Source of the DNA: Candidatus Eiseniibacteriota bacterium
GTDB taxonomy: Bacteria; Eisenbacteria; RBG-16-71-46; CAIMUX01; VGJL01
Length of the DNA: 64,000 bases
Direction: 5' to 3'
Assembly (NCBI GenBank): GCA_963792585.1
Contig: CAWBWI010000001.1
Coordinates: 961,608 to 1,025,607, forward strand
Below are positions 61,109 to 64,000 of the stretch, piece by piece. Position 1 is the stretch's first letter. Every line of letters begins with the position of its first letter. The notes under the pieces are model-generated. The model had not been told where the DNA came from and did not search any database. It saw nothing but the letters and a program-made list of their open reading frames with translations. The translations under genes were made by a program, and so were the position numbers.

Positions 61109-62272
61109 TCAGACCTGGGAGGCCATGGCGCCGGCCGCTTTCCGCGCCCAGGCATCGGCCTGGAGGATCTGATCGAGACTGTCCGCCGCCTCGATGCGGT
61201 GCTGTCCGAGCACCCTTTCCAGGCACGCCGCGATGTCGATGAATCGAATGCGTCCATCGAGGAAGGCTCCCACGAGGACCTCGTCGGCGCCATTCAGAAC
61301 CGCGGGGGCCGTGCCGCCCACGCGCAGGCACTCTCGCGCGAGTTCGAAACACGGATAGCGGCGGGCCTCGACCGGTTCGAAATCGAGCCGACCGATCTGG
61401 GTGAGATCGCATCGGGACACCGGGCCCTCCGGCCGCTCGGGGTGGAAGAGCGCCTGCTGGATCGGCAATCGCATGTCCGCGACCGACATCTGCGCCACGA
61501 TCGATCCGTCATTCCACTCCGCCAGCGCGTGGACCAAGCTCTGCGGATGGATCCAGATGTCGATCCGGTCCTGTCCGATATCGAAGAGCCAACGCGCCTC
61601 GTGAACCTCGAAGCCTTTGTTCAAGAGCGTCGCCGAGTCGATCGTGATGCGCGGACCCATTCTCCACGTGGGGTGCCGCAGGGCCTCCTCCACGGTCGCA
61701 TCCGCGAGCCGCTCGAGAGGCCAAGTCCGAAACGGCCCCCCCGACGCGGTCAGGATTGCGCGACGCAGGTCGCGTACGTCCCGACCTTCGAGGCACTGCA
61801 TCAACCCGCTGTGCTCGCTGTCGATCGGGAGAATCCGCGCGCCGGAAGCGTTCGCCGTTCGGCGCATCAGCTCCCCCGCGACGACCAACGACTCCTTGTT
61901 CGCGAGCGCGAGAGTCTTGCCCGCGCGCAGCGTGGCGAGACTCGGGCCGAGGCCGCATGCTCCGACAAGTCCGTTGACCACGACATCAGCATCGCCGGAT
62001 GTCGCGCCGATGAGACCTTCGGACCCCGCGAGAATCTCTCCACTCCATGCGCCGTCGATCCGACCGCGGAAGGTCGCCGCGGCGGCGGCGTCCCCGAGGG
62101 CGACCCGCTCCGGGCGGAAACGGAGCGTCTGGTCTACCAGAAGCTCGATGTTCTTCCCCGCAGCCAGTGCGATCACCTCGAGCCGGTCCGGAAAACGGGC
62201 GACTACGTCCAGGGTGAGCCGCCCGATCGTCCCCGTGGAGCCGAGCAGGGCCAGCTTGCGACGTACTTGCAT
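61109..62272 (-). CDS. dxr: 1-deoxy-D-xylulose 5-phosphate reductoisomerase
   Basis: MQVRRKLALLGSTGTIGRLTLDV, ..LALANKESLV.., ..PIDSEHS.., ..ITIDSATLLNKG... Confidence 0.9.
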   Translation of the reverse strand: MQVRRKLALLGSTGTIGRLTLDVVARFPDRLEVIALAAGKNIELLVDQTLRFRPERVALGDAAAAATFRGRIDGAWSGEILAGSEGLIGATSGDADVVVNGLVGACGLGPSLATLRAGKTLALANKESLVVAGELMRRTANASGARILPIDSEHSGLMQCLEGRDVRDLRRAILTASGGPFRTWPLERLADATVEEALRHPTWRMGPRITIDSATLLNKGFEVHEARWLFDIGQDRIDIWIHPQSLVHALAEWNDGSIVAQMSVADMRLPIQQALFHPERPEGPVSRCDLTQIGRLDFEPVEARRYPCFELARECLRVGGTAPAVLNGADEVLVGAFLDGRIRFIDIAACLERVLGQHRIEAADSLDQILQADAWARKAAGAMASQV

Positions 62273-62280
62273 CCGCCCCC

Positions 62281-63093
62281 TCACGCTCCCCGTTCGAACA
62301 ACAGGAACCAATAGTAGAGGGCCGGTGCCGCGAACAACAGGCTGTCGATCCTGTCGAGCACGCCTCCGTGCCCGGGAAAGATCGTGCCCGAGTCTTTCAA
62401 CACCGCCTCCCGTTTCATGAACGACTCACACAGATCGCCGATCACGCCGGCGACGCCGACCACGACACCCGCTCCGACCAAGACGGCCAGACCCCCGACG
62501 GGCGCCCAGCCTCTCAGCGCCACGGCGACGCCCACGCTCGCAAGCAGGCCCGCCACGGCCCCTTCCCAAGACTTCTTGGGGCTGACCCGTGGCATCAGTC
62601 TGCGACGGCCGATCCTGCTGCCCACAAGGTAGGCGGCGGAGTCGCTCGCCCAGATCAGCGCGAGGGCGTAATCGACCGTCCACGGGTCGGCCCGGCCGCT
62701 GCCTCCCAGATCGTAGAGCCGGAGGATCTGTGCGGGAAGGACCCCGAGGTAGATGGCGGCGAATACGGCCAGCGGCGTCCCGAAGAGGATCGAGCCACCA
62801 GGGCGGAAGAGCTCCACAACGGACGCGAGGGCCAGGATGAGGAGGAGGGCTGTCGTGAGGCTCAGGGGTATGACCTCTGCCTGGACGCCGATGATCAACG
62901 CCACACCGAGCCCGGCCATCCAGGTGGGGCAAGCCCCCCCGCGCGAACGTGCGAGGATCACGAGTTCCCTCGCCCCTAGAATCGCGACGAACGCTACCAG
63001 CGCGGCAAGGAATCGGGGGCCGGCATGGACCGCCAGGATCACGATGGGCAGCACAACGCCCGTGGTCAGCAGGCGCTTGCCTAGGATATTCAT
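62281..63093 (-). CDS. cdsA: Phosphatidate cytidylyltransferase
   Basis: Internal start MNILGKRLLTTGVVLPIVI within ORF 62281..63951. Signature SFMKREAVLKDSGTIFPGHGGVLDRIDS. Confidence 0.9.
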   Translation of the reverse strand: MNILGKRLLTTGVVLPIVILAVHAGPRFLAALVAFVAILGARELVILARSRGGACPTWMAGLGVALIIGVQAEVIPLSLTTALLLILALASVVELFRPGGSILFGTPLAVFAAIYLGVLPAQILRLYDLGGSGRADPWTVDYALALIWASDSAAYLVGSRIGRRRLMPRVSPKKSWEGAVAGLLASVGVAVALRGWAPVGGLAVLVGAGVVVGVAGVIGDLCESFMKREAVLKDSGTIFPGHGGVLDRIDSLLFAAPALYYWFLLFERGA

Positions 63094-63860
63094 CCGCTGA
63101 TGGCGCGGGCCGGATCGACGCGGCCGAACCGGCGGTCGCGCCCCTGATAGGCGATGATCGCCTCCTCCAAATGCTGCCTGCGAAAGTCCGGCCAGAGAAC
63201 GTCCGTCACGTAGATCTCGGAGTAGGCGAGCTGCCAGAGGAGGAAGTTGGAGAGCCGCATCTCGCCGCTCGTGCGGATCAGGAGATCCGGTGGCGGGGTG
63301 CCGGCCGTGTACAGGTAGCGGGCAAAGGTCTCCTCGTCGAGCCCGTCCGCGCTCAAACGGCCTTGTTGCACCTCGCCCACGATCTTGCGGACCGCATCGA
63401 CGATCTCCGCACGACCCCCGTAGCTCAGGGCGAGGTTCAGCTGGAGGCCGGTATTGTCGGAGAGCCCGGCGATCGTCCGGTCCAGCTCGGCGCGGACCGG
63501 CTCGGGCAAGTCGTCGAGTCGCCCCCAAGCCTGCATCCTGACGTTGTTCTTCCTGAGGTCCTCGATCTCTTCCTTCAGGACGACCTTGAGGAAGTTCATG
63601 AGGGCCACAACCTCGTGCTTGGGACGATTCCAGTTCTCGATTGAGAATGTGTAGAGGGTTAGATACCCGACGCCCAGGTCCGCGCAACCTTCGATCGCTT
63701 CGCGGACGGAACGCCGTCCCGCGTGGTGGCCGGCAATTCGGGGCAGCCCCTGGCGGGTAGCCCACCTGCCATTGCCGTCCATGATGATCGCGACGTGGCG
63801 CGGGAGATTCCCGCGCGCCAGGATCGCTTCTCTGCGCTTGGAGGCCGCATCCGGTTCCAT
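63090..63860 (-). CDS. uppS: Undecaprenyl-diphosphate synthase (isoprenyl transferase)
   Basis: LPRHVAIIMDGNGRWA, ..LTLYTFSIENWNRP.., ..LIRTSGEMRLSNFLLWQLAYSE... ATGA overlap with the cdsA start. Confidence 0.9.
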   Translation of the reverse strand: MEPDAASKRREAILARGNLPRHVAIIMDGNGRWATRQGLPRIAGHHAGRRSVREAIEGCADLGVGYLTLYTFSIENWNRPKHEVVALMNFLKVVLKEEIEDLRKNNVRMQAWGRLDDLPEPVRAELDRTIAGLSDNTGLQLNLALSYGGRAEIVDAVRKIVGEVQQGRLSADGLDEETFARYLYTAGTPPPDLLIRTSGEMRLSNFLLWQLAYSEIYVTDVLWPDFRRQHLEEAIIAYQGRDRRFGRVDPARAISG

Positions 63861-63904
63861 GGGCGTTCTCGCTCGCACCGCGGGAGGGAGCCCGCGGAAA
63901 GGGG

Positions 63905-64000
63905 TCAGATCTCGAGGATCTCCTTCTCCTTGCGCCGCAGGATCTCGTCAACCAATTCGATGTGGTGATCGGTCATCTTCTGGATGTCCTGGGACCCCCG
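63905..64000 (-). CDS. frr: Ribosome recycling factor, C-terminal fragment (gene continues beyond window end)
   Basis: My translation of the minus strand gives ..RGSQDIQKMTDHHIELVDEILRRKEKEILEI*, typical of an Frr C-terminus. Its position upstream of uppS-cdsA-dxr matches the conserved cluster. Confidence 0.7.
   Translation of the reverse strand, partial: RGSQDIQKMTDHHIELVDEILRRKEKEILEI

Overview
GC-rich (by eye about two-thirds G+C) bacterial chromosomal segment with about 50 protein-coding genes and one IS element. I could not recognise any rRNA, tRNA or CRISPR array. Because of the GC content, almost every real gene is shadowed by long antisense or out-of-frame ORFs. Calls therefore rest on recognisable family motifs, signal peptides and start/stop coupling (many ATGA overlaps). 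Content, 5'->3':
- A partial HAMP-PAS histidine kinase coupled to a family-5 solute-binding protein.
- Four consecutive genes (nadE, tryptophanase-like lyase, saccharopine-dehydrogenase-like, SirB1-like) whose reading frames are broken about 19 times.
- One ORF joining an M42 peptidase, a TM segment, an M1 aminopeptidase and a FlgD-Ig/T9SS-type C-terminal domain (CTD).
- dus-cdd-deoC.
- A tightly coupled outer-membrane operon (TonB-dependent-receptor-like barrel, PorV/PorQ-like barrel, NHL lipoprotein, two large uncharacterised exported proteins), followed by an internally duplicated CTD protein.
- A ~17 kb co-directional minus-strand array: LMW-PTP, ilvE, glyA, HIT, a complete MoxR-DUF58-BatA-E aerotolerance-type operon, ptsN, zinc-ribbon protein, amidohydrolase, GAF-PP2C phosphatase, bactofilin, rhomboid.
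- A divergent tsaC / deoxyhypusine-synthase-like pair.
- A BNR double-propeller CTD protein and a GapN-like ALDH.
- An IS1380-family element inserted at the purE stop codon, then purE-purD-larA-like and uvrD.
- tamB-omp85-dxr-cdsA-uppS-frr.
The host is probably a diderm of the FCB/Gemmatimonadota-like radiation (weak inference). Most interesting are the uncharacterised OM operon at 14.3-24.8 kb, the localised burst of frame breaks at 3.3-8.1 kb, the M42-M1 fusion ORF and the IS insertion geometry.
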